A stretch of 64,000 bases of DNA, from assembly GCA_965223265.1 (NCBI GenBank), contig OZ244999.1, positions 1,152,001 to 1,216,000 of the forward strand. The letters are read 5' to 3'. Of the stretch, positions 1-10,214 are shown piece after piece (position 1 is the first letter of the stretch; each line of letters begins with the position of its first letter). The translations under genes were made by a program, and so were the position numbers. The notes beneath the pieces are model-generated. The model did no database searches, was not told the DNA's origin, and saw only the letters and a list, made by a program, of their open reading frames with translations. The stretch comes from Planctomycetota bacterium. GTDB taxonomy: Bacteria > Planctomycetota > UBA8108 > SXIK01.

Positions 1-2
1 TC

Positions 3-644
3 GGGCTGTTCTTGCTCGTAACGATTCAGAGGTACCGCAAGCAGTCGTTCACGTACTCCAGTCTCTCCTCGCAGTTCCTGGAAAACCGTCACCACTTCTG
101 GGGTATGGTTCCGTTTCATTATGGCATCCTCGTGATCCTCGCTGGGCATGTCATTGCCTTTCTGATTCCTCGGCAGGTACTGCTTTGGAACCAGAACCCG
201 CTGCGCCTCTACGTTCTCGAGATCTCGGCGCTCATCTTCGGCCTTCTGTGCCTCGTCGGTTTGGTCAACGTCATCATCCGGCGCTTTACGAGCCCGAAGC
301 TCCGACAAGTGACGACGGTCTCCGATTGGATCATCTACGCCATGCTCCTCTTTCAGGTGTTCAGCGGTATCTACGTAGCAATCTTCGTAGGCTGGGGATC
401 ATCCTGGTTCGCTTCAACCCTGACCCCCTACCTGTGGTCGCTACTCAAGCTCAACCCGGACATCTCTTACGTCACCTCCATGCCTTGGTGGGTGAAGTTG
501 CACATCCTGTCGGCCTTTTCGCTGATTGCCTTTTTTCCGTTCACCCGACTGGTTCACATCCTCGTCATCCCCAACATGTACCTTTGGCGCCGGCCTCAGG
601 TCGTGCGCTGGAACTGGGACCGCGAAAGAAGAAGGGTGGACTGA
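3..644 (+). CDS. narI: Respiratory nitrate reductase gamma subunit (cytochrome b), 5'-partial
   Basis: The frame is open from the window edge. It carries NarI motifs: SSLSSQFLE, FHYGIL...GH, KLHIL...PFTRLVH (four heme-ligand His) and YLWRRPQVV, with several TM helices. Confidence 0.93.
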   Translation, partial: GLFLLVTIQRYRKQSFTYSSLSSQFLENRHHFWGMVPFHYGILVILAGHVIAFLIPRQVLLWNQNPLRLYVLEISALIFGLLCLVGLVNVIIRRFTSPKLRQVTTVSDWIIYAMLLFQVFSGIYVAIFVGWGSSWFASTLTPYLWSLLKLNPDISYVTSMPWWVKLHILSAFSLIAFFPFTRLVHILVIPNMYLWRRPQVVRWNWDRERRRVD

Positions 645-753
645 ATACGACTGTGGCCATGCGTGAAGACCTCACTTCCGCGGGAGACAAGCGGCCTGCC
701 GGGCCTGTCACGAACGGCTCGCGCAATACGCGAGCAACAAAAAAGGAAGGACC

Positions 754-2370
754 ATGGCACGATTAGAACGCTGGGAACCCGAAGACCCGCAGTTCTGGGA
801 GGATACGGGCAAGGCCACGGCCCGTCGCAACCTCTGGGTCTCGATCCCCAACTTGCTATTAGGCTTCGCTGTTTGGATCTACTGGGGGATGGTCGCCAAG
901 TACATTCAAAGACTCCACTTCGCGAGTGACGGTGAGCTTTTCAACTTCACCTTCATGAACGAAGGTCAACCCTTCGGCGACGACGGATACCGCGCTCTCT
1001 TGTTCACGCTACCGGCGGTGGCCGGCCTTGCCGGCGCAACCCTCCGGATTCCTAACTCGTTCATGATCGCGGTCTGCGGCGGGCGGAACGTGAAGTTCAC
1101 GACGACGCTGCTGCTGATCCTACCAGCCTTGGGCGCGGGGATCGCACTGCGCGATCACACGACGCCGTTTTACATCTTCATTCTCCTCGCTGCGCTCTCC
1201 GGCGTCGGCGGCGGCGCGTTCGCCTCCTCCATGTCCAACATCAGCTTCTTTTACCCCAAGCGGATGCAGGGGCTCGCGCTGGGCCTGAACGCGGGACTCG
1301 GAAACCTCGGCGTCAGCGTGATGCAGTTCCTGATTCCGTGGGTGATCACGTTTGGCCTCTTCGGGGCGTTGGGGGGAGAGCCCTATGAGACGATGAAGGA
1401 CGGCGAGACCTCGCAGCTCTGGATCCAGAATGCCGGTTTGGTCTGGGTGCCCATTCTCCTGACGTGTGCGATCCTGGCGTTCTTCTGCATGAACAACCTG
1501 CCTTTCCACAAGTGCGGACCGACGCCCATCGCCGTCTCGAAGTTCCTCTGGCTGACCGTGCTCGGATACCTCGGCGCAGGCGTCGGTATCTTCTTGCTCA
1601 TCATCCCCTGGGGCGGATTTCCGATGCTCCTGAAGACTTTCCTCGTCGTCGTCGTCGCCGTCGTCGTCACGCTGTCAGCCATGCGCTACCTCACTCCGAC
1701 CGAGACGAGGAAGAACCTCCATGACCAGTTCGGCATCTTCAAGGAGAAGCACAACTGGGTCATGACCTGGCTCTACGTCATGACTTTTGGTTCTTTCATC
1801 GGTTATGCCAACGCCTTTCCAAAACTCATCGATGACGTCTTCGGCGTCTACCGGGTCGGAGCGCGCGCGGGCGAGCTGACGGGACTTTCCAGCGCCGGCT
1901 ACATCTATATTGGAGCAGGCGTGGGTGCTCTGATCCGTCCGCTGGGCGGCTGGCTCTCGGACAAGCTAGGCGGCGCCCGGGTGACGCACTGGGATACGAT
2001 CATCATGATTGCGGCGACCATCGGCGCGGGCTACTTCTGTGCCATCGCGATGGAGTCCGAAACACCACAGCAGTATTTCACTCCTTTCCTGCTCACGTTC
2101 ATCGTGCTGTTCGCAACCACCGGCATCGGCAACGGTTCGACATTCCGCATGATCGGCGTGATCTTCCAAAAGGATCAGCGCGGACCGGTGCTCGGGTGGA
2201 CGTCGGCCATCGCAGCCTACGGCGCCTACCTCATTCCGAAGATCTTTGCGACGCAGATCAAGGCCGGGACGCCCCAGTACGCGCTGTACGGTTTTGCGGG
2301 CTACTATCTGTCGTGCCTCTTGGTGAACTGGTGGTTCTACGCTCGAAAGAACGCAGAGATCGAATGTTAG
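754..2370 (+). CDS. narK: NarK-family (NarK2-like) nitrate/nitrite MFS transporter
   Basis: N-terminus WEPEDPQFWE...ARRNLWVSIP, GATLRIP, nitrate signature GLNAGLGNLG, RPLGGWLSD and GIGNGSTF. RBS AGGAAGG lies upstream. Confidence 0.93.
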   Translation: MARLERWEPEDPQFWEDTGKATARRNLWVSIPNLLLGFAVWIYWGMVAKYIQRLHFASDGELFNFTFMNEGQPFGDDGYRALLFTLPAVAGLAGATLRIPNSFMIAVCGGRNVKFTTTLLLILPALGAGIALRDHTTPFYIFILLAALSGVGGGAFASSMSNISFFYPKRMQGLALGLNAGLGNLGVSVMQFLIPWVITFGLFGALGGEPYETMKDGETSQLWIQNAGLVWVPILLTCAILAFFCMNNLPFHKCGPTPIAVSKFLWLTVLGYLGAGVGIFLLIIPWGGFPMLLKTFLVVVVAVVVTLSAMRYLTPTETRKNLHDQFGIFKEKHNWVMTWLYVMTFGSFIGYANAFPKLIDDVFGVYRVGARAGELTGLSSAGYIYIGAGVGALIRPLGGWLSDKLGGARVTHWDTIIMIAATIGAGYFCAIAMESETPQQYFTPFLLTFIVLFATTGIGNGSTFRMIGVIFQKDQRGPVLGWTSAIAAYGAYLIPKIFATQIKAGTPQYALYGFAGYYLSCLLVNWWFYARKNAEIEC

Positions 2371-2387
2371 CCTCTCCTGGAAGCCCG

Positions 2388-3062
2388 ATGTGGAAACGAA
2401 CGATCTCCGTAGTCCTGGGGATCAGTCTCGTTCTCGTTCTCGTGTCCGTGTTCGGACTCGTGGGGGAGGTCCACCTTCCAGGCAACCACGTGGGATACTC
2501 GCCGGCGCAGCCCATCGCCTACTCCCACCGGCTGCACGCGGGGGAGCTCGGAATCCCCTGCCTCTACTGCCACTTCGGCGCCGAGAAGAGTCGGCACGCT
2601 GGGGTCCCCTCAGCGGACATCTGCATGAACTGTCACAAATTCGTGACCGCGCCACTGGTGGAGGTGCGCGACGAGGAGAAACGCGCAACTCAGGAGAAGC
2701 GCCCAACCGTGCCAGTCGTGTCCAGTGAGATCCGAAAGATCTACGACGCTTTGGGGCTCGACGACAACCGCCAGCCCGACCCCACCAAAACGCCGACGCC
2801 CATCGCCTGGACCCAAGTCCACCGCTTACCAGATTACGTTTACTTCGACCACCGACCGCACGTCCATGCGGGTGTCGCCTGTCAGACCTGCCACGGACCG
2901 GTCGAGCAGATGGAGAAAGTGTACCAGGTCGAAACCCTCTCCATGGGCTGGTGCGTCCACTGCCACCGCAGTGAAAAACCAACCGGCCAACAGGTAGTAC
3001 GGTCGGGCACATCAGAGATACCGAAGCACGTTTCGACCGACTGCGCAGCGTGCCACTACTGA
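2388..3062 (+). CDS. actA: Alternative complex III pentaheme cytochrome c subunit ActA
   Basis: N-terminal TM helix, QPIAYSHRLHAG, five CxxCH motifs (CLYCH, CMNCH, CQTCH, CVHCH, CAACH), LPDYVYFDHRPH and LSMGWC. An alternative start is at 2364. Confidence 0.9.
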   Translation: MWKRTISVVLGISLVLVLVSVFGLVGEVHLPGNHVGYSPAQPIAYSHRLHAGELGIPCLYCHFGAEKSRHAGVPSADICMNCHKFVTAPLVEVRDEEKRATQEKRPTVPVVSSEIRKIYDALGLDDNRQPDPTKTPTPIAWTQVHRLPDYVYFDHRPHVHAGVACQTCHGPVEQMEKVYQVETLSMGWCVHCHRSEKPTGQQVVRSGTSEIPKHVSTDCAACHY

Positions 3063-3076
3063 GTCAGGGTCATTTC

Positions 3077-6000
3077 ATGGCTTCGAACGCGGACGGCAAA
3101 GAGTATTGGAAGGCGCTCCACGAGCACGAGCGGGTGGACGTGCTAAGGGAGGATCTCGGGAATGAGTTTCCTCGCGGTCTCGTCGGCGACGCCGACTCCA
3201 CCGGGAAGCCCGCATCACCGGATGTGAAGCGTCGAGACTTCTTGAAGCTTTGTGGTTTCTCTTTGGGTGGTGCAACCATCGCGGGCTGCACGCGCGGCAA
3301 GGAGGAGAAACTCATCCCCTTCCTCATCAAGCCCGAAGAGGTGACGCCGGGCCGGGCGACGTGGTACAGCACCTCCTGTGGCGGCTGCCCCGCTGGTTGT
3401 GGTGTCCTCGCTAAGAACCGCGACGGGCGCCCCATCAAATTGGAAGGGCATCCGCAACACCCGCTCAACCGTGGTGGGCTCTGCGCTACAGGGCAGGCCT
3501 GCCTACTGGGTCTCTACGACTCGCGCCGCTTGAAACGACCTCGTGCCGACGGAGCCGATGCGAGCTGGCCGGAGGTGGATCGTCTCATTCGCCAAGAGTT
3601 GACGCGGATACGTTCCGAGGGCGGCAAGGTGCGCTTTTTGACCGAGACGCTCAACAGTCCGACGCTCACGGCGTCCATCGACGCGTTCCTTGCAACGTTC
3701 GAGGACGCCCGTCGAGTCGAATACGACCCAGTGTCCACCTCCGCTCTCCTTGATGCCCACGCAGAAGCGTACGGAGCTCGAGTCCTGCCGAGACTCCACT
3801 TCGAACGTGCCAAAGTGATCGTCAGCTTCGACGCCGACTTTCTCGGCACATGGATTTCACCTGTTGAGTTCACGGCTGGCTACCAGGATGGTCGCCAGCT
3901 TGAGGGCGAGAGCTCCACGTTCTCCTATCACGTGCAGGTGGAATCGCGCCTCTCCCTGACCGGTAGCAACGCGGACCATCGCCTCGTGATCCGCCCCGCT
4001 GATCAGACACTGATCATGGCGCACCTGGCGGAGCGGTTGGCGAAGAAAGCTGCAGTAGACTCTCCCTGGACGGCTCTCGACGCGGCGCCGATCGCCGCTT
4101 CAGAATTGGATGCTCTGGCCGACCGTCTCTGGGGGGCCCCGCGAGGCGAGACTCTTGTCGTCTGCGGAACGGACGACTTGGAAGCGCAGCGGCTCACAAT
4201 CTTCCTCAACAACATCCTAGGAAACGACCGCCCGGACGGCGGCGGATCTGTCGACCTGACGCGACCATCATTTCAGCGCCAAGGCAGCGACCGCGACCTC
4301 AGCGCACTCATCGAAGAGATGCGCTCGGGAGAGGTAACGGCGCTCTTCGTGGACAGCGTTGACCCCGTCTACGATCTTCCCGCAGTCGCGGGATTCACCG
4401 AGGCGCTGAAGCAGGTGCGTTTCGTCGTTAGTTTCGCAGAGCGTATGAACGATACGGCCGCAGTGGCGCGTTACGTCTGTCCCCGTCACGACGCCTTCGA
4501 GTCGTGGCGAGATGCCGAGCCGATCGCCGGCGTGCTCACGGTCGGCCAACCGCTCATCGCGCCGCTGGGTGATACGCGCTCCGTCGTCGAGAGTTTGGCC
4601 ATCTGGCAGGAGAAGGGCGCCGATCATCTTCAGATCCAGCGAGACGTCTGGCGTCAGAAGGTGTTTCCGCGACAGCAAGACGAGAACGACTTCGACGCTT
4701 TTTGGGATCGGTCCGTCCACGACGGCTTCGCGGTGGTCTCCGCTGGCGTCGCCGGTGAACTCTCCACGTATCGAAAACCACCGCTGAGGCGCCCTACGCC
4801 GACCCCATCGGAGCAAGCAATGCTGGAGCTGGTCCTCTACTCGAAAGTGAGCCTCGGTGACGGGCGTCACGCCTACAACCCTTGGCTCCAGGAGCTCCCC
4901 GATCCGATCAGCAAGGTGACTTGGGATAACTACGCTTCGCTCGCCCCGCGGACGGCTGCCGAACTCGGGCTGCAGACAGGTGACGTCGTCCGTGTCGGCG
5001 ATGGAAAAGCCTCGATTGATGTGCCAGTCCTGCTGCAACCAGGACAGCACCCCTCGACGGTCGCAGTCGCGCTCGGCTATGGCCATAGGGGCAGTGAACG
5101 CTTCGCGGACATTGGGCCTGAGTGGATTCACAAGCGGCCGACGATTTCGACAGGGGAGCGAGTCGGCCGCAATGCTGCCGCACTCATCCGGCTTGCAGAT
5201 GGGCGTCGGCGCTACAGCGCGTCGCCCGTTTCCATAGAGAAGACCTCTGGGGGGCATTCTCTGGCCACTACCCAGTCGCACCACTCCCTGAGCGTCCCCG
5301 CGCATCTCGCCGGTACGCATGAAGGTCCGCGTCCGATCGTTCAGGAGACAACCCTCGAAGCGTACCGGAAGGATCCAAGCTCTGGTTCCCACAAGCACCA
5401 CGAGCTCCTGTCAATCTGGAGCGAGGACCATCGATACGACGGGCACCACTGGGGGATGGCAATCGACCTCAGCCGGTGTACGGGCTGCAGTGCATGCGTG
5501 CTCGGCTGCCAGGCGGAGAACAATATCCCCGTCGTGGGTAAGGACGAAGTCCTGCGAGAGCGTGAGATGAGCTGGCTTCGCATCGATCGCTACTACAGCG
5601 GCGACGACGATATCGAGGTTGTCCACCAACCCATGATGTGTCAGCACTGCGACAACGCACCGTGCGAAAACGTGTGCCCTGTGTTGGCCACAGTGCACAG
5701 CTCTGAAGGCCTCAATCAGCAGGTCTACAATCGCTGTGTCGGCACGCGCTACTGCGCCAACAACTGCCCCTACAAGACACGACGTTTCAACTGGTTCGAT
5801 TACCCCCGGGAGGACTCAGTTGAGAACATGGTGCTCAATCCGGACGTCACTGTCCGATCGCGGGGCATCATGGAGAAATGCTCGTTTTGTGTCCAGCGCA
5901 TCCAAGAAGCCAAGGCTGAAGCGAAACGAACTGGACGTTCACTCCGCGATGGGGATGTCCAGCCTGCTTGCCAGCAGTCCTGCCCGAGCAAGGCGATCGT

Positions 6001-6160
6001 TTTCGGCGACCGCAATGACCCCAAGAGTGAGATCTCGAGAAGGATGAAGGACCCGCGGCACTTCCGTGTCCTCGAGGAATTGAACGTACTGCCTTCCGTC
6101 GGGTATCTCACCTCCGTCAAGAACCGCGCTCCGAAGGAGGGAGACGAGCACCATGGCTAG
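3077..6160 (+). CDS. actB: Alternative complex III ActB (Tat lipoprotein; molybdopterin-oxidoreductase-like domain fused to an Fe-S domain)
   Basis: YWKAL N-terminus, Tat motif KRRDFLK followed by [23 protein letters not shown]-terminal Cys clusters [35 protein letters not shown] and CSFC...CQQSC. Confidence 0.93.
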   Translation: MASNADGKEYWKALHEHERVDVLREDLGNEFPRGLVGDADSTGKPASPDVKRRDFLKLCGFSLGGATIAGCTRGKEEKLIPFLIKPEEVTPGRATWYSTSCGGCPAGCGVLAKNRDGRPIKLEGHPQHPLNRGGLCATGQACLLGLYDSRRLKRPRADGADASWPEVDRLIRQELTRIRSEGGKVRFLTETLNSPTLTASIDAFLATFEDARRVEYDPVSTSALLDAHAEAYGARVLPRLHFERAKVIVSFDADFLGTWISPVEFTAGYQDGRQLEGESSTFSYHVQVESRLSLTGSNADHRLVIRPADQTLIMAHLAERLAKKAAVDSPWTALDAAPIAASELDALADRLWGAPRGETLVVCGTDDLEAQRLTIFLNNILGNDRPDGGGSVDLTRPSFQRQGSDRDLSALIEEMRSGEVTALFVDSVDPVYDLPAVAGFTEALKQVRFVVSFAERMNDTAAVARYVCPRHDAFESWRDAEPIAGVLTVGQPLIAPLGDTRSVVESLAIWQEKGADHLQIQRDVWRQKVFPRQQDENDFDAFWDRSVHDGFAVVSAGVAGELSTYRKPPLRRPTPTPSEQAMLELVLYSKVSLGDGRHAYNPWLQELPDPISKVTWDNYASLAPRTAAELGLQTGDVVRVGDGKASIDVPVLLQPGQHPSTVAVALGYGHRGSERFADIGPEWIHKRPTISTGERVGRNAAALIRLADGRRRYSASPVSIEKTSGGHSLATTQSHHSLSVPAHLAGTHEGPRPIVQETTLEAYRKDPSSGSHKHHELLSIWSEDHRYDGHHWGMAIDLSRCTGCSACVLGCQAENNIPVVGKDEVLREREMSWLRIDRYYSGDDDIEVVHQPMMCQHCDNAPCENVCPVLATVHSSEGLNQQVYNRCVGTRYCANNCPYKTRRFNWFDYPREDSVENMVLNPDVTVRSRGIMEKCSFCVQRIQEAKAEAKRTGRSLRDGDVQPACQQSCPSKAIVFGDRNDPKSEISRRMKDPRHFRVLEELNVLPSVGYLTSVKNRAPKEGDEHHG

Positions 6161-7526
6161 CGTCACTTCACCCCTCCGACAACCGCTCGTCAGCGGCGAT
6201 AAGGACTGCGCACAGGTCACGATAGACGTTTGCAGCCCTCTGGAACGGAAACCAACCCGGCTGTGGTACATCGCTTTCGCGGTCGCCTTGGCGCTGCTTC
6301 TTATCGGCGTGATCGCCGTGGCCTATCAGATCGCCGTTGGCATCGGGACCTGGGGGCTGAACAAGACGGTGGGCTGGGCGTTCGACATCACGAACTTTGT
6401 GTTTTGGATCGGCATCGGTCACGCGGGAACGCTGATTTCGGCGATCCTTTTTCTCTTTCGCCAGCGCTGGCGCACCGCGGTGAACCGATCGGCCGAGGCG
6501 ATGACGATCTTCGCCGTCATGTGTGCGGGGATCTTTCCTTTGATCCACATGGGTCGCCCTTGGCTGGCCTATTGGGTCCTACCCTATCCGAACACGCGTG
6601 GTCCCCTGTGGGTCAACTTCCGCTCCGCTCTTCTGTGGGATGTATTCGCTATCAGTACGTATTTTCTTATCTCTCTCGTCTTCTGGTATCTCGGTCTCGT
6701 GCCCGACTTCGCTACTCTGCGCGACCGCGCCAAAACAAAAATCCGCCGCGCCCTCTTCGGCTTCTTTAGTCTCGGTTGGAACGGCTCCAACAGAACGTGG
6801 CGGCACTACGAGATCGTTTACCTTTTGCTTGCCGGCCTGGCTACTCCCCTTGTGCTATCCGTCCACACGATCGTCAGTTTCGATTTCGCGACGTCGGTGA
6901 TTCCTGGCTGGCACACGACGATTCTACCGCCGTACTTCGTGGCCGGAGCGATCTTCAGCGGCATGTCCATGGTCTTAACTCTGATGCTCATCGCCCGAAA
7001 GGTCATGAACTTTGAAGACTACATCACGACGAACCACATCGACGCGATGTGCAAGCTCGTGCTCGCGACGGGAGGGATGGTCGCTTTAGCCTACGGCACT
7101 GAGTTCTTTATCGCGCTCTACTCGGGCAACCAGTACGAACGCTTTGCGTTCGTCAACCGAGCGATGGGCCCCTTCGCGTGGGCCTACTGGATTATGGTGA
7201 GCTGCAACGTCCTCGTGCCGCAGCTCTTTTGGTCACGGAGGATTCGCAGAAGTGTGGGCCTCGTCTTCATCCTCGCACTTCTCGTCAACGTCGGCATGTG
7301 GTTTGAGCGCTTCGTCATCATAGTGATCTCACTCCATCGCGATTTCCTGCCTTCGAGCTGGGCGGACTACACGCCGACTTCGATCGAGATCGCTACTCTG
7401 GCCGGCAGCTTCGGCCTTTTCTTCACCTGCTTTCTGATCTTCTGCCGCTTCCTGCCGATGATCGCCATCGGCGAGGTAAAAGGTGTACTCAGCTACGCCC
7501 GTGCAAAGAGAGAACGTCACCGATGA
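6153..7526 (+). CDS. actC: Alternative complex III ActC (NrfD/PsrC-family quinol-binding membrane subunit)
   Basis: [52 protein letters not shown] and GMWFERF. It overlaps the actB stop. Confidence 0.95.
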   Translation: MASVTSPLRQPLVSGDKDCAQVTIDVCSPLERKPTRLWYIAFAVALALLLIGVIAVAYQIAVGIGTWGLNKTVGWAFDITNFVFWIGIGHAGTLISAILFLFRQRWRTAVNRSAEAMTIFAVMCAGIFPLIHMGRPWLAYWVLPYPNTRGPLWVNFRSALLWDVFAISTYFLISLVFWYLGLVPDFATLRDRAKTKIRRALFGFFSLGWNGSNRTWRHYEIVYLLLAGLATPLVLSVHTIVSFDFATSVIPGWHTTILPPYFVAGAIFSGMSMVLTLMLIARKVMNFEDYITTNHIDAMCKLVLATGGMVALAYGTEFFIALYSGNQYERFAFVNRAMGPFAWAYWIMVSCNVLVPQLFWSRRIRRSVGLVFILALLVNVGMWFERFVIIVISLHRDFLPSSWADYTPTSIEIATLAGSFGLFFTCFLIFCRFLPMIAIGEVKGVLSYARAKRERHR

Positions 7527-8050
7527 AAGCCAACGGATCACGTCACTGGATCGCCGCTTTCGCGTCCGAGGAGGACATCCTGGGCGTTACCAACACCTCA
7601 CGTCAGCGAGGCTACAGAATCGTCGATGTCTACACTCCGTACGCGGTGCACGGGCTCGACGACGCCATGGGCCTGAAGCGATCGCGGATCACCTGGGTGT
7701 GTTTCTTTGCCGGCCTGGCCGGAGCCGTCGGGATGCTCTGGCTGGGCACGTGGACCCTGGCGGTGGACTGGCCCACGAACATCGGCGGCAAACCGTTCAA
7801 CTCGCTTCCAGCGATCATCCCCGTTGTCTTCGAAGTAACCGTCCTGCTCGCCGGCTTTGGCAGCGTGTTCGCTCTGCTGATCTGCTGCCGCCTCTTTCCC
7901 GGCAAGCAGGCAACGCTGCCTGCGCCCGGTGTGACGGACGACCGGTTCGTCCTCGTCTTGGAGGAGACAGACTCATCCGTCGATCCGCGTGACGTCGAAG
8001 ATCTCTTCGAGGAGTACGGAGCCGTCGAAGTCGAGACTCGCTACGAGTAG
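7523..8050 (+). CDS. actD: Alternative complex III ActD (DUF3341)
   Basis: [32 protein letters not shown] and TDDRF, with two TM helices. ATGA overlap with actC. Confidence 0.92.
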   Translation: MKANGSRHWIAAFASEEDILGVTNTSRQRGYRIVDVYTPYAVHGLDDAMGLKRSRITWVCFFAGLAGAVGMLWLGTWTLAVDWPTNIGGKPFNSLPAIIPVVFEVTVLLAGFGSVFALLICCRLFPGKQATLPAPGVTDDRFVLVLEETDSSVDPRDVEDLFEEYGAVEVETRYE

Positions 8051-8057
8051 AGATACC

Positions 8058-8630
8058 ATGAAACTCGGCAAACTGAACGTGACGCTTATCGCCTTTCTCT
8101 GCGTCGGCGTGGGCGTCCACCTGAGTGTTCGTCCAGACGCGAGCCGGAGAAACTTCGAGTTCTTGCCGGAAATGGTAGAGTCAGTGCCCTTCGACGCCCA
8201 GGGGCCGAACGACAACTTTCTGGATGGCAAGAATCTACGTTCCCCCGTTCCTGGAACGATCGCGCGTGGTTACCTGCCTCTACGCTACGCCCCGACTCCA
8301 GAGGATGCCCTGCGCGCGGGCAAGGAGCTGGTGAACCCCTTTGATTCTGCGGACGAGGCAGCGCTGGCGCGCGGCGCGTTCGTCTACCAAAACTTCTGTC
8401 AGGTTTGTCACGACTCCGCCGGACTCGGTAAGGGAGTCCTCAGCACGCGTGGAGTTCCGCCGCCGCCGTCGCTTAAGGCCGAGCGTGCGCTGGCAATGAA
8501 AGACGGTCAGATGTTCCACGTCCTCAGCTTCGGACAGGGCAACATGGGTTCCTACGCCTCCCAGCTGGACCGAGATGATCGGTGGAAAACCATTCTTTAC
8601 GTGCGTTCGCTACAGAAGAAAGAACCATGA
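8058..8630 (+). CDS. actE: Alternative complex III monoheme cytochrome c ActE
   Basis: PVPGTIARG, NPF, a single CQVCH, DGQMFHVLSFGQGNMGSYASQL..DDRW. Positioned between actD and actF. Confidence 0.88.
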   Translation: MKLGKLNVTLIAFLCVGVGVHLSVRPDASRRNFEFLPEMVESVPFDAQGPNDNFLDGKNLRSPVPGTIARGYLPLRYAPTPEDALRAGKELVNPFDSADEAALARGAFVYQNFCQVCHDSAGLGKGVLSTRGVPPPPSLKAERALAMKDGQMFHVLSFGQGNMGSYASQLDRDDRWKTILYVRSLQKKEP

Positions 8631-9823
8631 AGGAACAGAAGCGCAGCGTGCCAGCACAACTGCCGCGGGTCGAGCTTCGGAGAGATTGGGGCATCACCCT
8701 CGGGGTGCTCGTCGGCCTCGGCGCCGTGGCCGTCCTCGTCGGCCTAGCCATCGACCCGCAGCGAGCCGGAGGCAACTTTCTCCTGTCACTATTCTTCCTT
8801 CTCGGTCTAGGCCTCGCCGGGCTCCTGTTTATCGCGCTTGTCGCAATCTCGAGTGGATCCTGGGCCGTCGTCCTGCGTCGCATTCCCGAGGCGATGGCCG
8901 CAACTCTTCCGGTCTGCATGGTCCTGTCGATCGGGCTCTTCGCGCTGATCCCTTTTCTCTACGAATGGAGTCATGCCGAAGCGGTGGCAAGTGACGAGCT
9001 CCTTGCACACAAGAGCGCGTGGCTAAACACTACGTCCTTCATCGTCCGGACACTCATCTGCAGTGCACTGTGGTTGCTGTTCGCTCATCTCTTGGTCGGA
9101 CGATCGCGCCGACGGGATATCGAATCGAGCGCGAGCGAGGGAGGTGTGAGCATCGGCCTACCTGCGCTCTTTGTTGTGCTGTTTGCGATCACCTTTTCAG
9201 TGGTCAGCTTCGATTGGGTCATGTCGCTCGAGCCTCACTGGTTCAGCACGATCTTTGCCGTCTACAACTTCGCGGGGCTGTTTCTCAGCGGTCTTGCCGC
9301 GATCACATTGCTCGTCATTGTGCTGCGGAGGCTGGGGCCGCTGCGGGATCTTGTCACTGTGGACCATCTGCACGATCTCGCCAAACTCTTATTGGGGTTC
9401 AGCGTCTTCTGGGCATACATCTGGTTCAGCCAGTTCATGCTGATCTGGTACGGTAACATTCCCGAGGAGAGTTCCTATTTCCACTTGCGACAACGAGGGA
9501 GTTGGGAGGTCCTCTTCGTCCTCAACATCTTCGTCAACTGGATCATTCCGTTCCTGGTCCTTCTGCCGAGGACGTCGAAACGCAATGAGACCGTTCTCCT
9601 CAACGTCTGTCTCCTCCTCATCGCTGGGCGATGGCTGGACCTCTACTTGATGGTCCTGCCACCGCTGGTAGGCGATGAACCGAAATTCGGCTTCTACGAG
9701 GCGCTGCCTTTCGCTGGAGCGGTCGCGCTCTTTCTTCTGGTCGCCTTCCGTTCGCTTGGGAAGTTCAACATCATCCCGGTGAGGGATCCTCTGTTGGAGG
9801 AGAGCTTGCACCACCACCAGTGA
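8627..9823 (+). CDS. actF: Alternative complex III membrane subunit ActF
   Basis: RRIPEA, YEWSH, DWVMSLEPHWFSTIF, HLHDLAKLL, WAYIWFSQFMLIWYGNIPEE and DPLLEESLHHH. ATGA overlap with actE. Confidence 0.93.
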   Translation: MKEQKRSVPAQLPRVELRRDWGITLGVLVGLGAVAVLVGLAIDPQRAGGNFLLSLFFLLGLGLAGLLFIALVAISSGSWAVVLRRIPEAMAATLPVCMVLSIGLFALIPFLYEWSHAEAVASDELLAHKSAWLNTTSFIVRTLICSALWLLFAHLLVGRSRRRDIESSASEGGVSIGLPALFVVLFAITFSVVSFDWVMSLEPHWFSTIFAVYNFAGLFLSGLAAITLLVIVLRRLGPLRDLVTVDHLHDLAKLLLGFSVFWAYIWFSQFMLIWYGNIPEESSYFHLRQRGSWEVLFVLNIFVNWIIPFLVLLPRTSKRNETVLLNVCLLLIAGRWLDLYLMVLPPLVGDEPKFGFYEALPFAGAVALFLLVAFRSLGKFNIIPVRDPLLEESLHHHQ

Positions 9824-10214
9824 CGTTCCGTCCGATCGAGAAGAGCCAAGAGATCGTTGGCGCGCTGCCGTTCGAGAAACCGAGTCACTGGAACGGGCGC
9901 CTCCAACCATACGACACTTGTCTCGTGCAAGCGAAGGAAGGTGTGCCACTGCGGCCGAGCCGCGCATACCGCAGTATGCGGACACAACTCTCTGGGGCGA
10001 CCACAGTTGCGCTATCGCCTTGCGAAGCACCGCCGCTCCGAGTACGCACCAGCACGCCGAGGCCTCGGATTCGGCGGCCATTCTCATTTCCACAAGGCAA
10101 TTCGTCGCAATGCGTTACAACCTGACATGCTTTGCGAGTCCGAGCGGCACGGCGTTTCCTTGAGAGACTGCGGGCGGACGAGTATGCAAAGGAACGCCGG
10201 CGCGGAGGACATCG

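Noticed and set aside
3077-6160. ActB as a catalytic molybdoenzyme (nitrate, polysulfide or formate reductase)
   Set aside because: The fused B1-B2 layout and actA/C/D/E/F context identify ACIII. No Mo ligand was recognisable.
9824-10214. ANTAR (NasT/NasR) dual-hairpin leader or small ORFs before the transporter
   Set aside because: I could not find two hexaloop hairpins or a terminator, and the ORFs have no protein-like features.
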